DNA from: Podarcis gaigeae
Lineage: Eukaryota
DNA length: 64,000 nucleotides
Reading direction: 5' to 3' (one strand)
Assembly: GCA_964106915.2 (NCBI GenBank)
Contig: OZ066916.1
Notes under the pieces: generated by a model
Database searches by the model: none
Told to the model about the DNA's origin: nothing
The model's input: the letters and a program-made list of their open reading frames with translations, nothing else
Shown here: positions 50,362 through 64,000 of the stretch, piece after piece
Position numbering within the stretch: position 1 is the first letter of the stretch
How the letters are laid out: every line of letters begins with the position of its first letter
Program-made: the position numbers and the translations under genes

Positions 50362-53300
50362 TTAAAATCCATGAGTGATTTACCTCCTGCTTTGAAGAAA
50401 CACAATTTCTAATTTGTCTATTAGTACTTGATTAATTATGAAAGCTATTGACTGACCATTTTACCTCCTGGAGATGTTTTAACAGTCGATGCAAGATTGC
50501 TGATGCTTTAAGGATTGGAAGGAGGGGTCCAACTAGGAAGGGCAAATTTAACAATAAGTGAGCGAGCTTTTGCTCAGGACAACGCAAAGCAGCAATATTT
50601 TGTTTGTAGCATGGACACCATCCAAATTCAACCCTTCATACAATAGATACCCTTTCCCAGCTGTTTTTTTCCTCCGCCTGTGGGCAATGTACAAAGTGAC
50701 TATACAACTTAGAGTCTCCCCATTTCCCTCCCCTCTCCCCATGAACTTGTGGCGTCAGCTTACTGCAATGGCATGAGGGTCCCTCCCCAACCCACAAGCC
50801 ATGCAACAGAAAAGGTTGTGTGGCTGTTTCCTAAACCCCCTAGTTTAGGAAGAGGATTGGACCTATTTACGGAAGATAAAGCTATGACCACGATGGCGAA
50901 GTTCTACCTCCACTGCGGGAGGCAGTATGCTTCTGAATATGGGCTGGGAATCACAAACAGGAAGAGGGTTGCTGCACTCAGGCAGTATCAAAATTTGCGA
51001 ATATGTGGACCCAATCTGGGACTCTCTTGCATTTAGCAGGTCCTGCCCCCATACCTTGTTACTCAGGGTAGAGATGCTCCTGAAAGCCTAGGTAGGAGAG
51101 CATGCACACTTAGGTACATCATGTGTCTGTCCCTCCCTTCCTCCCACATTCCTCCTCTCTTCAATGTCTTCATCTGCTTGCAACCATCTGGGCATAAAAC
51201 TGCAAACAAAGGCCTACACAAAGGCTGCTCCAAGAGAGGATTTGGGAGAAGAACCCTAGGGGGTTGCAAGACTAGAAACCTGCCCATGTCCTCCCTCCTT
51301 CTGCTTCTGAATCACAAACAAACTCAAATGCAACAGCCTCAGTTTAAGGGATGTTGATCCCTTAACCATGTTGACCAGAGACATGGCTCTGCATACTTCA
51401 TTGTTGCATGGAAGTGCAGGGGAAAAAAGATAGATTGTGGTAAGCGGACATACGAATCAGCAGCCCAAGCACCTCAGCTTTCAAAAAACCCAAACATTTA
51501 TTTATTTTTTGTCCCTCAAAGCTGGGAAGATGAGCCTTGAAAAGTGACACCCCAAAATTCCCTTTGGAAATGCCAATGGAATTCCCTTCTAAGAAGGAGC
51601 TCTGCAGAGTCCCTATGCAGCCATGGTACCCAGAAATGTGGAGTGCATCAAACTGCACTGTCCTGGTCACCACATGGATTTATATGGTCTCCACATAAAG
51701 TTTGCAGCATATGGCTGAATTGCATGGATAATACAAGACTGTATCAGAACAAATAAGTTTCCATAAGATATTTCCCATGCACCTGACCAGGCATTAATGT
51801 TCTCAAATCATGAGTGCAAGAAGAAACCGGTTTCAAGCTAACTCTCAAGACACCTGTGTCCAGTGCTGTCCATTGTCACTCTGCACAAGCACAGTATTGG
51901 GGACTGTGTCTTGAATTCAGCACTAGGAGGTTTCTAGTCCAGGAAACTTTGGAAGAAAAGCTTGAGATTCTGTGGGAATCTAGATGTCCCAAAGACTGGG
52001 CCTCTAATACATTTTGAAATGCTTGATATCTCCTGCAGTAGTTAGAAAGGGGAGGGGGACAATAAACTAGGGTAAAATGCAAATATATGAAAATTTACCT
52101 GCTTTGAATAATTAATGCAGAGTTCAGTTTTTCTTTGTGCAATGTTTGAATTACCCTGGCACAGATTTTTTTTATTAATTTCTAGCGCAAAGGCGTGTGC
52201 AGATCTGGCAAAATCCCATGCTACGTTCCCCTTCAGCCACAAGTGCCACGGCACAGTTTCTCTCAGCATATGAAAATTAAGCAATGGATTACTGCTAGGC
52301 AAGGGCTGGAGTGGACCCAGGCCAGGCATGGCAGAGGAGGCCTCTGTTTAGTAAATCATACTAATCCAGCCAATCTGGAGCGCTGCTTTGCCAAGACTCG
52401 AGGCAGACCCTTAACGCTGTCCAAGGATGGAACTTTCCCTAACCTGCCTCAAAACTGTCATCAGGATTGTCTGTAGCTTATGAAGGAAGCATTTTAAAGT
52501 CTGTGAAACCTTGTTTCACATTTCAACACTGAGGGATCCTTAATACTGTATGCAGTTTTAGGATGGGGGGATGTTGCATGTCAGTAGGATTTTGTCCTGT
52601 CTCCTAATGTAGCTAGTCAGGTTGTTCGGAGAAGCTCACAAACAGGGCCTGAAGGGAACAGTTCTATCCTAGTGCTCCTCCAGACATCCTTTTTATTACG
52701 CATTCAATATGATTTGTGTTTGTGATACTATCACTTGTCCTATGCAAGCCCACTTCCAATACATTTTGTGCCTACCAAAGTTTTGGGGTGGCTTCAATTC
52801 CAATTGATGCACATCTTGTAATTTCATGCTGAAATCCAGTAACTTTTCATACCACAAATATTCAGGGTGGGTGGGTTGCCCCACTTTTGTTGTGCTATAG
52901 CCCCACTGAACATCAATAATAAGATAGTATTGGAGAACAATACTGTACCTGTGTGCCTAAGATAATACTTTTAACGAAATGGGAATCTCCCCCTGCAGAT
53001 TTTTTTTATAGCATAATCACTGGGAAAACCACCTTAACATTCAGTGCCAAATAAGGACATTTACCTTCTATCCAAAATGGACCCCGTTTTTACAATCTGA
53101 AACACTGATGGGCTCTGAAAATGCTTAATTCACTAGTGAAGAAGGAAGACTGCTTTTGAGCATCTGTAGAGCATCTTCCTCTCACCAAAGATAATGATAA
53201 AAATTAAGGGACAGTCCATTTAAAGGATGTGAACATCAAGTGGAGTAAGCACATCTAATTTTTAGTAAGCAATATTTGCTTTTAACGGGTTCCATTGAGA

Positions 53301-56214
53301 CAGTTTTAATCCACACATCCCACAAATTTCTTCATCTGGACCATGCTGGTTGAAGAGTACAAAAAACAGAAAAAGACATTTTGGTCAACCACTGCTGCTG
53401 GTGGTGGTTACGGATACCCGCAAGTGACTCCCGTCACATGACCAGCCATTGCACTGTTCCGTCAAGGCTGGATCAATGGGCGAGCGCCACCTGGGCTCTC
53501 TCTTTGCCCTGCCAAAGTGGCAGAAGGAGGAGGGGGAGAAAACACACTGTGTTTGCTCCTAGGAGCCAGGAAGGGAAATGAGAACATGGAGTAGAGAGTG
53601 GGCCAGACAGAAGGGCCCCCGCTGTGCCACCTCCTTCCCTGCCCTGCTGGAGAAGCAGTCTTGCCAACTCTCTGACTTGCAACAAGAGACAACAAGAGTT
53701 TTTTACTCCTCTCTCTCTCTCTCTCTCTCTCTCTCCCTTCCCTCCCTCCCTCCCCTCCCCCCCCCCCCAAGCTGAAGACTTTGCCTTTGTGCTGATCAGC
53801 TTTGCCTTCATTGAACTTGCCTAACCAAGGTTACGGATAATCAAGGGTTATCAACTTTTCAGGAACAGAGTCAAAGCAAGTCTTTAAACAAACAAGCAAA
53901 CAAAAACCATTACTAGAACTGAGTTGCTACAGCAAATCTTCTCAGGACCTTAAATTCCTCTGGAATTTGTTGCGATAGCTAGAAAAACGCCAGAGTAAGC
54001 GCAGAGACACATACCACCTTCTGAATGATGCAGGAACACATGTACGGTACTCAAACTCTGCACAGCCTGTATGAACATATATCTGAATCAGGTGGGAATT
54101 CTACTTACAGTAATAGGAAGGAACACAGCTAAGGGAGTTACATTTTTGAATAGTCCCTTAGTACGTAAAAAAAGACCTCGGAAATGCTGGAATTAATGAG
54201 TGGGGGAAATGTTGTGATGCTGCTTGAGGGCTTCCCACAGGTATCTGGTTGCCCACTGTGAGATCAGCACCCTCAGGCCATTGGCTGATCTAGCAGGCTC
54301 GGTACTTGAGCAGGTTTAAGCAGAAGAAGGCAGCCCTTTAAGGGCCCCGATCCCAAATCGCTTAAGGCATTAACAGTGCAAATCAGCACTTTGAATTGTG
54401 TTCAGAAATGGACTGGGGGACATTTAATTATCCAATTTCCATATTTTCTTCTCTGTAGATAAATTGTCCGATTTGGACCATTTTAGAGTAGACCGAAGGA
54501 TGGATGAGAGGGAGAGAAGGGAGGTATGACTAAATAACATGTGGGTAATAAACTGAGCAGAAATACTAACCGACAGTGGGATGAATCACTCTCTCTGCTG
54601 TGCAGATACCTTGTTTGCCATTAGAGAGGCTTAGAAGGAGTATGTGTTGGTACATGGACGCAATTAAGAAGACAAATCACCCCATAACATGAGATCTTTT
54701 TCATGAATGTACAAAGCAAAGAAAATTTAATTATTAGTATGTATCATTCCATGAAATACGCTACCAGTACTAAGTGCTTTACAATCCTTAACTCATTCAT
54801 TCCCCCCTGCAATGCCATCATTAGACTCATTATTATTCCATTTTACAAACAGGCTGACTGAGAGTAGAAAGTTAAAGTCATTCCTTTCAAGGTATAGTTT
54901 GAATCAGAGTAGGCTCTTCAGCCAGATATTCTAGGTTGCATTTTAAACCATGGTTATTATAGCACACAATATGGGGGTGAGAGCCACTCTTAAAATGTGG
55001 ATGATAATTTCGAAGCAGGTTTGCAAAGTTTAAAATGTATGTACAAAGCCAGCCAGATGTCTCTTATTATTATTGTGCATTCATGATTCTTTGCGCTAAT
55101 GATGATATTGGGGCAGCCATATGCAATCATATTTTCAATATCGTTTGTGTCTGCAAAAGGAGACATACTGTTTCATTTCCAATCCGTGCATGCCCTGTAG
55201 TTTCCTACTGAATTTCTGCAACTTTTCATACCTCGGTATAGAACAAGAATGCCCCTTCAAACGGAAATAATGCAGTTAAGTTGGGGAAGCATCGCAAAAT
55301 AACTAATAAAGTGGAATGATGTGTGGATAGTCCATTATAAATCCACAATTAAAGAAATATTACTGCATCAATGATATGCTGCAGAATACACTCACCCAAA
55401 TACCCACTGGTTTGAAGGGGGCTCAAGCCAGTCACATTTAGTGGCCTAGTGGGCTTGTTAATCCTTTCAATGCCTGTCTAGGATTGCAAAAACAAAGACC
55501 AGTCAGGCCACAATAAACAGCTGAATTTACTTTGGAGGGTCCCAAGTTGAATTAGCCCTTTAAAAAGTGACCAAACAGGGAAAATGGAGGAGTGCTGGTG
55601 GTATTTTCTGTCTGTGTTCCTGCTTTTTGTATTTTGTGAACTGCTCAGAAACCTGTTTTGGCATTAAACGGTATATATACACACCTACAACCTGCATTTA
55701 TTCAAACTTTTCACAAACTAGTCCACAGTCCTAAGCTATGTTCGCTTTTAAAAGTTAGCAAAGATTTTAACATTTTTAAGAAAGTAATGCTCTACTTTTC
55801 TTATTTTTCTTTGGGGGGGTGGGGGAGAAACAGGGGAGGAAAACCTTTCAAGCTGGTTTATAGTGGCCTCCAGGCATGTCCACAGCAGCCACCACCAGAA
55901 AGCAAACCAGAAAGGCCAATTGGGAAGGAACTGCGGAAGCGAAGATGCCATTGCTGTGGGGAAGGCAAGAGGGAAAATGCTCTAGAGCTAAGCATTTAAG
56001 CACTTAATTCTGCCAAGTCAGTAATGGAAGAATATGCCAGCCAATGCGCCAACAGGCTTTGGGAAAGCTTTCCTTGTTTGTGAAAGGAAAGGCAGCGTCC
56101 AACATTTTTTAGTATCTGTACACAATTGACATTTATAGGAGAAGTAGCCATTCAGGGTTCAGTGAAACAGAGGAACATAGGAAACTGTTTATACTGAGTT
56201 CATCTAACTCAGTA

Positions 56215-56456
56215 CAGTGGTACCTTGGGTTACATACGCTTCAGGTTACATACACTTCAGGTTACACACTCCGCTAACCCAGAAATAGTGCTTCAGGTTA
56301 AGAACTTTGCTTCAGGATAAAAACAGAAATCGGGCTCTGGCGGCGTGGCCGCAGCAGGAGACCCCATTAGCTAAAGTGGTGCTTCAGGTTAAGAACAGTT
56401 TCAGGTTAAGAACAGACCTCCGGAACGTATTAAGTACTTAACCTGAGGTACCACTG
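56215..56456. mobile_element. Tc1/mariner-type MITE
   Basis: TIRs CAGTGGTACC...GGTACCACTG flanked by TA on both sides. Confidence 0.88.
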
Positions 56457-56639
56457 TATAGTGGCTCATCCACACTTCCAGTTATCCCACTGCTTTCCCC
56501 TAGGAAAACACACACTTTGCCACTCAATCGGCGCAAACATCAATCGGGTTTTACACAGGTTGATGTTCGCTCTGATTCAGCTATAAACGGTGGGTTTTCC
56601 CACGGAAAGTGGTGGGGAAACCTCTCGGAAGTGTGGATG

Positions 56640-57120
56640 AGCCCAGCAGTGGCTCTCCAGGGTTTTAAGCAGGAGTCTTTTCCCAACACTATCACAAGAT
56701 ACTAGGCATTGCAGAGGCTCTACCACTGAGCTACAACACTTGCTAGATTCGCAATGGACTAACAAGTCCATTGTGTGTAAGAACATAGGTAGCTGCCTGA
56801 TAGCAAGTTAGTTAGTTCATCTACCTCAGTACTGCCCACACTGACTGGCAGAAGCTCTCCAGGGTTTCAGGCAGGGGACATTCCCAGCCCTACCCGGAAA
56901 TGCCAGAAACTGAACCTGAGACCTTCGGCATGCAAAGAATGTGCTCTACCACCACTGGGAGCTGCTTTATGCAGAATCAGAACAACTGGTCAATATAGCT
57001 AAGTACTGCCTACAATGAATGGTAGCAGCTCTCTGGGGTTTCAGGCAGCAGGCTCTCCCAGCCATACCCGGAGACACCAGGGATCAAACCTGGTATCACC
57101 TGCATGCAAAACAGCCATGT
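56640..57120 (-). mobile_element. Head-to-tail cluster of the older tRNA-SINE family
   Basis: Three successive degenerate copies with the ctctccaggg.ttcaggcag...cccagcc motif. A further partial copy at 56170 is split by MITEs. Confidence 0.65.
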
Positions 57121-60100
57121 CAGCAATCCCTCCTCCCAGATGCAGCACTGCAGCACCTCCCTTACTGCTGAAGTCCAAGTTAAAAAAAGGTTCCCACTCC
57201 CAGTAGTGGGCAGCCCATAACAATCTTCCCCACACAACACAGGCAGCAAACACACCGTTACATTTAAAGCACATGCCCCAAAGAATCCATGGAACTGTAG
57301 TTTCTTAAGGGTGCTGGGAGTTGTAATTCTTTGTGGGGGAAGCCTTGTGCTTTAAATGTACATTGGGTGTGCTTTAATTGCATGGTGCAGATCTGCTCAA
57401 AGATTGCTGCTACATACGCCAACTATACACATTTAGCTGCTAGTTCATTGTCCAGTCCTATGACTTTGAATCAAGTTGCTAAAAAATAATAATAATCCAC
57501 ACAACCAACCTTCCACTTTGAACCAAATTTTAGGTTTGGGCTATAATAGCTCACTAGAAAATTTCCACACCAAGAAGGCAAACAGTCCTTGATCTCAGTG
57601 GCCAAAGATGATTAAGACTTGCATGGACAATACCTTGGCTACCTCAAAAAAAAACCCTGGGAGTGATAGTTTTGTGAGGATGCTGAAGATTCTCTGAAAG
57701 AGAAGGATCTCAAAAAATTACAGTTTCCAGAAGTCCATCTAGATCAGTATTGTCTATACTGATGGCCAGCAGCTCTCCAAGATTTCTGATCTGCAGATGT
57801 TGGGAACTGAAGGTGGCAAATGCTGTACCACTGAGCTTTGACCCTTCCCTGGGGCCATATAGATCAAACTAGTCGAGTCCAATAGTCCACAGAAATTTCA
57901 CAACTACAATCCAACTTTAGTCCAAAAGTATGCCAGTCTTCATTCCACTCAGCCCTATAGGCGTGCTGATAGGTGGGTGTTTTGGATCATTAAGAGCTTG
58001 TAATGATCCAAAGGTTCAGAACATGTTCCTCCTTGCCAACCTCTATCAAATATCAGACCAACAACAATATGGAGAGAGGGGGAAATGAGAACCTTCTTAC
58101 AAACAGAAGGTATAAAGACTGATTAATCTTACATGGGAAAGAGAAAGTATCCATGTTGAAATCAATATGAAGAATTAAGTGTAATGACTAGAGGTGAGAG
58201 AAATCTGAACTCGGCCATACCAAGATTACTATATCAGCAGCCAACAGATACAAGTTTTAAAAATGTGACTTGATTAATAGGGAAAGAGGCTTCAAATTTA
58301 AATTAAAAGATTTAAGAAAGAAGTCTGCCCGAACTAAGGCAAAGCACCATGACTGGTCCTTAGGAGTCAACTGCGTTCTTTAAGTCAGCTCATAGAAATG
58401 ACTGCCAGATGATAAATATGGTCATCTTTCATAGGCCAAGCCCATAAACTGAGAATATTAACTGTTAAACTAGAAAAAATGCCCAAGGGAGGACAATTTT
58501 AGTTTGGGTTCTTGGGACTGTCCCACAGCTAGGTTTTGATTTTGTAAGGCATTCAGATAACTTACATCTATCTGAAAGGTGAAAAGGTCTTGACAGTAAC
58601 TTGGTGGAGTTAATTCCCAGCTGCATCCTGGGCTTGACCAGTCTCTCAATTTGCACCTGGCACTTCTATGGGTATAGGTCAACCACAGTTACTAAAAGCA
58701 TCATCAAAGCAGATGTGCAAGCTAGGTGGGGTGATATCACGTTTCACTCTCAGCAGGAGCCATGCTTCTAATAACGAAGGTGATTCAAAGTTCAATTCCA
58801 AACATGAATCATCTTATCTCTGACTTCCATCTTACTTTCTGAGCAAAGTCAAACACAGCTTTTCGAAAGACCTCAAAATGGCTGAAACGGCTGCCATAGG
58901 CAAACCATGTTATCAATCAGACCGTCAGAGCTACTGTCCAAGATATTTTGGTGCTTGAGGCGAGAAACCCAAACAGTATTCTGTCTCTATCTCCCTCCCC
59001 CACCCCCCACCGCCTCCTCTGGGAATTTGGTGTCTTATAATGCAGGACTGAAGAACGTTTTTCAGCCCAAGGGCAGCATTCCCATCTAGGTCACCTTCTG
59101 GGAGGGGCACATGCCAGTGACGGACAGAAGAAAAAAATGTAAATGTTACCTGTAGTGTTAGCTACTTTCTACACTCACCCCTCTCTATCCTCCATATGGG
59201 CAAGTAAAGGGACATTAGTATAGGTCAAAGATAAATCCCACCCAGGCTAAAACACTGGAGGGTACAAAGCAGGACCCGTGAAGGGTATGGCTGGAGACTG
59301 GGGGTGGGGGAGCCTGGGAAGAGTCCTGGGGGCCAAATGAGAGAGCTAGAAGGCCACATTCAGCCCCAGAGCCTTAAGTTTCCCGCGCTGCTTTTAATGG
59401 TATCCCCAAATCTGGATGTCTTTATCCTACCTAACGATAGGGCTGGGCTCTACCAGCTTTATGCCACTTGACCAATTAATAACAATTCTTGTTTGTATGA
59501 TTGCATATTTTATTTGGCTACAATGCTGCAGTTCCATTTAATACTATGAGCCAATAATTTGTTTCTTTCAAAAGCACCCAAATGGGAGGTGTGTGTCCTT
59601 TGTTACTGGAGGACCCCTTGCCCAATGATTTAAACTCAGATGCCAGGGAATTATTCTCCATTTCTTTCTCCTTTTTCTCTCTTTACCAGGATTTTTTAAA
59701 TTAAAAAAAAAAAAATTGAACAGCAGTTTGAAGCTAAACCAGGAATCTCTTTTTATTCATCTTAAATGTCAAATGAATGCTTGTCTTCAGACGCGACAGT
59801 ACTGAAGGCATGGAAAATGGGAGAAACACACACCAGAGTGGGGGAATAAATAATTGTTACCACTTGCACTAGACTCTCTCTCTTCTCCATCTGGCCTGTA
59901 AAAGACACACACCGACACACTCCAGTCAAATCTAAGCACTCACAAGTCACATGTATTTCAGCAAGGAAGATTTAAACATGTGTTTAATTCTCCCAGTTCA
60001 ACTTTTAAGTGCTTAACTTGGCTGGATGGTATCCAAAGCCTTTCTGCTACCTTAAGAAATCCATACTCTTGACCTGAGTTAAAACTGATATGACGTCTGT

Positions 60101-62497
60101 CCACACTCCATCCCCAGAGTTCTAGGGTTGCTGATTCAGCGCTTCTCCCTGCAAACCATAGGGCACCTGTGGATAGTCTATGTCAACAGAATTATGGGAG
60201 GATTTGCAGAGTCAGCATGAGTGGCACCACTGGTTGTTTCCACTGATAATGTGACAAGCAGGCAGCAGCCCTCATATATACATTATATTCATATCTCCTG
60301 TTCCTTGCCAAAGCTCAGAGCAGCCAAGTGGTTTCAGAATCAGACACTGGCTTGTGTCTAGACAGCTCTGCCCCAACAAGGTAGTTCCTTCACAGGACCT
60401 CTGACCATCTTCTGGGCCTCACAAAGGATTGGTTCCACCCCTATAATTCCCTGCATGCATGTGTGGAGGGAGGGTAAGGTTGATGCAGTGCAAACACACC
60501 GGTGAGAATGCCAGATTGGCTCCTCCAGTGCATTTGCACTGCACTGCACTGCTTCTGCTGCCACCTTGCCCCTCACTCTCATTATTTGGTGGTGATGGGA
60601 GGTCAGGTAAGTACTGCCGCCCCTGCCAACTGCTACTGCAGGTGAGGGACTCTGGCCTGATTGCCATGTGCTTTGGAAGCGAAGCTGGAGCATATGTGCA
60701 GCACAGCCTTTTCAGTGGTAGAACCCACTCAGCAGTACTCACTACCCCCTAGGCTCCTTTGACATAACTCCTAGGAAAGTGGCAAACACTTTTTTGTTCC
60801 GTTTTGTGAAAAGTCCGATTTAGGTTTTGTTGTGGTTTCATTTTAGTGCATACTTTAAAATTTTGTTTTATGCATTTCTTACCTTCACTGTAAAGTTGCC
60901 TTTATTTAAAGCTAAGCTGGCAATTTCTAAAATCTATGATGACATTATCAAGCACTTACAAGAAGGTTTGTGTGTGTCTGGAATGGCTTATTTGCTACAG
61001 CCAAGGAACACAGATATAAGAAAAACTAATAAAGAAAACAAAAGCTAGGACTGGGTTTAAACTACAAGAAAATCAAATTTAGATTAAACACTAGAGAGAG
61101 CTTTCTAGTTCTCTTTCTAGAGAGAGCTTCTCTCCAAAGAAGGAAATGTGGTGCCCCACTGTTCCACAAGCACGATTTTATAAATACGTAATGATTTGGG
61201 TTATCAATCTTCTTCGTTGAGTAATCGTTTACCTCTTAACTGGTTAATCAATTGATTAAATTTAATTAATATGCATGTTATAAAAAACTCCATTTAGATA
61301 TTGAAGGATATAAACAAGGACTAATGGTTACAAGGCCATATTTAACCCTGCTGCCATTTTTTTGTCATAATTTCCCCCCTACCAACTCATCAGCAAAAGC
61401 TTCCATTGCATGATCCTCTGTTTCAAGTTTGCAACAACTCTTTCAGTTCTGCATAATGCGAACCACTCAAACAACTATCTGATGGCAATAGAGATGAATT
61501 GTCCAGCTCACTCCAAATGTCCCTCATCGTATGGAATGGCTTATTTGTTACAGCCAAGGAACACAGATATATTAGCCCTTCTGTAAGGGTTAATGCTTAA
61601 TAACAGTCTGTTTCTGTTCATATAAATTTTTGCTCAGTTACCGGTAATTCAAACAAGCAAAGCACACTAAAAAATAAAAAGTAAGCTCAGTTTCTCCTAT
61701 CAATATGTTTCCACAGAAATGGTACTCCTAAGGTGCACTCCTGCTGGTTTTAAACTGTGGAAAGGAAATCTAATCAGTCATCCAAGTGCTCAAAGCGGTG
61801 TACAACGTCATTTTGTTCATCCTTGCAACAAGCCTAGGAGACAGGCCACTACTTAAGCAAACTAAAACAGAACTAAGTAACTAACTATTATATTTCCCAA
61901 ACTGGACCTGAAGTTGACACAATGACTTATCTATAAGTGGAAACACATGTTTCAGGAGATAGGGAAGCTGTCAAAAATGGCATCTCTGTGTTAAAGATCT
62001 CCCTCTCGCCCCCATAACATGGAGCTTCGCGTACCTCATGCTGCGACATCATTGCATTGTGTGTTACCTGCCCCCTCTTCACCAGCTGCTGGTGGCAGAG
62101 AAACACAAAAATTCAAGATGTCACAGCATGGGGTTAAGATGTAGAACACTTTGGTGGGGGGGGGGGAACGTAACACAGCGATGTTATTTTCAGAAGCAGT
62201 CTGGTGCCTCCCGTGATGTGTATCTCTGCCCGAGACTGCCTTGCAAATCTATGGGCCCTTCAAGGTGTCCCCTTCACTGAACAATCATGACTACTTGTGC
62301 TCATGATGGTATCGGGGCAGTAACACACTATCCTGCTTTCAATACAATTTGTGCCTGCAAAAGCTTGGGAGAGAAAATATGGCTTCATTTCCAATCAGTG
62401 CATGCCTCATAACCTCCAGCTGTACTCCTGTAACTTTTTTTAATTGCAAATATTTGGGGCAGGGTTGTCCTGCTTTTCTTGTGCTATAGTGCAAGAG

Positions 62498-62508
62498 TAA
62501 TAGTAGTA

Positions 62509-62549
<41 letters not shown>

Positions 62550-62718
62550 TTTTTATTTATACCCCGCCCTCCCCAGCCAAGGCCGGGCTCAGAGCGGCTT
62601 ACAAGCAATAATAAAAACAAGATGAATGATTACAACTTAAAAACAAAAATAAAATACAACATTAAAATATTAAAATGTAGCCTCATCGCAGGAGAAGGAA
62701 AAGAAAGAAAGAGGAAGG

Positions 62719-62768
<50 letters not shown>

Positions 62769-63278
62769 AATCAAATTGGCTCCAAGCCAAAGGCCAGGCG
62801 GAACAACTCTGTCTTACAGGCCCTGCGGAAAGAAATCAGATCCTGCAGGGCCCTGGTCTCATGAGGCAGAGCGTTCCACCAGGTCGGAGCCAGAGTTGAA
62901 AAGGCCCTGGCTCTGGTTGAAGCCAATCTAACTTCTTTAGGGCCTGGGACCACTAGGGTGTTATTATTTATGGACCTTGAGGCTCTCCGTGGGGCATACC
63001 AGGAGAGGCGGTCCCGTAGGTACGAGGGTCCTAGGCCGTGAAGGGCTTTAAAGGTCAAAAGCAGCACCTTAAATCTGACCCTGTACTCCACCGGGAGCCA
63101 GTGCAGCTTGAAAAGCACTGGGTGAATATGCTCCCATGGCAGAGACCCCGTGAGGAGCCTCGCTGCAGCATTCTGTACCCGCTGGAGTTTCTGGGACAGC
63201 TTCAAGGGCAGCCCCGCGTAGAGCGAATGACAGTAGTCAAGCCTGGAGATGACCGTCGCATGGATCACTGTGGCCAGG
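62498..63278 (-). mobile_element. L2 LINE 3' fragment
   Basis: HATVISRLDYCHSLYAGLP...QNAAARLL...LHWLPVEYRVRFK, open to its stop. (AG)n in the 3'UTR and an (AAT)n tail. Confidence 0.93.
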
Positions 63279-63289
63279 TCGTAGTAGTA

Positions 63290-63856
63290 TACCGCCCATC
63301 ATCTGACAATTACAGGGTGGTTCACAACATAAAAATACAAAATACACAATAAAACAACAACCAAAATAAACCAATAACCCTCCACCCACAAAGACAATTA
63401 AATGGACATAGAATGTTAATCAGCCAAAGGCCTGGTTCTAGAGCATTGTTTTCACTTGGCACCTAAAGATATGTAATGAACGCACAGGTGAGCCATCCTG
63501 GGGAGAGCATTCTACAAATGAGGAGCCACAACAGAAAATGCCCATTCCCATGTGCCTTTAGTGAAGGAGGCACACAAGGAAGGGCCTCAGATGATGATCA
63601 CAGAGTCCAGGTTGGTTCATATTGGGGAAAGGCAGTCCTTGAAGTATTGTGGTCCTGAGCTGTTTAAGGCTTCATAGGTCAAAACCAGCCCTTTAAATTG
63701 GGCCCAGAAACTAGTTGGCAGCCACTGCATTTGGGCCAAGATTGGTGTAATATGCTCAAACCATCTTGCCCTGGTGAGCAACCTGGCCACCAAATTCTGC
63801 ACCAGCTGAAGTTTCCAAACCATCTTCAGAGGCAGCCTGTTCTATAACGCATTGCA
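63290..63856 (-). mobile_element. Older L2 fragment
   Basis: KLQLVQNLVARLLT...HITPILAQMQWLP, degenerate. Confidence 0.8.
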
Positions 63857-64000
63857 CAGAGGCCACCAAGTGACAGCAAAGGATCCAGAAGTACCCCTGA
63901 TCTGTGTATCCCCTCCTACAGAGGGATTGTAACCCTATCCCTCTGGCCTAACAGTGCCTCAGAGGATTCAGCTGCAGTCTGTTGGCTTTCCATTACCAAG

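Larger units (their letters stand above)
48560..50520. promoter_or_regulatory. Putative intronic conserved non-coding element cluster
   Basis: About 2 kb with no recognisable TE, AT-rich and dense in TAAT/TGACA motifs, containing an N-run. Conservation is inferred, not measured. Confidence 0.45.

Noticed and set aside
60419-60752. Cys/Pro-rich ORFs as a BCL11 alternative exon
   Set aside because: No convincing homology and no well-formed minus-strand splice sites.
46000-64000. BCL11A erythroid +55/+58/+62 enhancer
   Set aside because: No recognisable match. In human it lies much further into intron 2, probably outside this window.

Overview
Vertebrate genomic DNA from a squamate, probably a lacertid lizard. 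The evidence is Sauria SINEs, Squam3-type SINEs, BovB, CR1, L2, L1, RTE and Penelope remnants. The window holds the 3' half of BCL11A on the minus strand. This comprises the large zinc-finger exon 4 (45696->43694, XL-isoform stop), the ~4 kb XL 3'UTR (to ~39724), both internal splice donors used by the mammalian S and L isoforms, and a distal exon 5 at 27324->27241. Exon 5 is open in two reading frames and starts 18 nt later than the human exon. Flanking and intronic DNA alternates between TE clusters and repeat-free, motif-dense blocks that look like conserved non-coding elements. Four 128-148 nt N-runs appear to be masking over highly conserved sequence rather than true gaps, and the one in the CDS has exactly the orthologous length. 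Almost all other ORFs in the track are TE fragments, microsatellite translations or antisense shadows. Comparisons with human sequence and TE consensus sequences are from memory, not from alignment.
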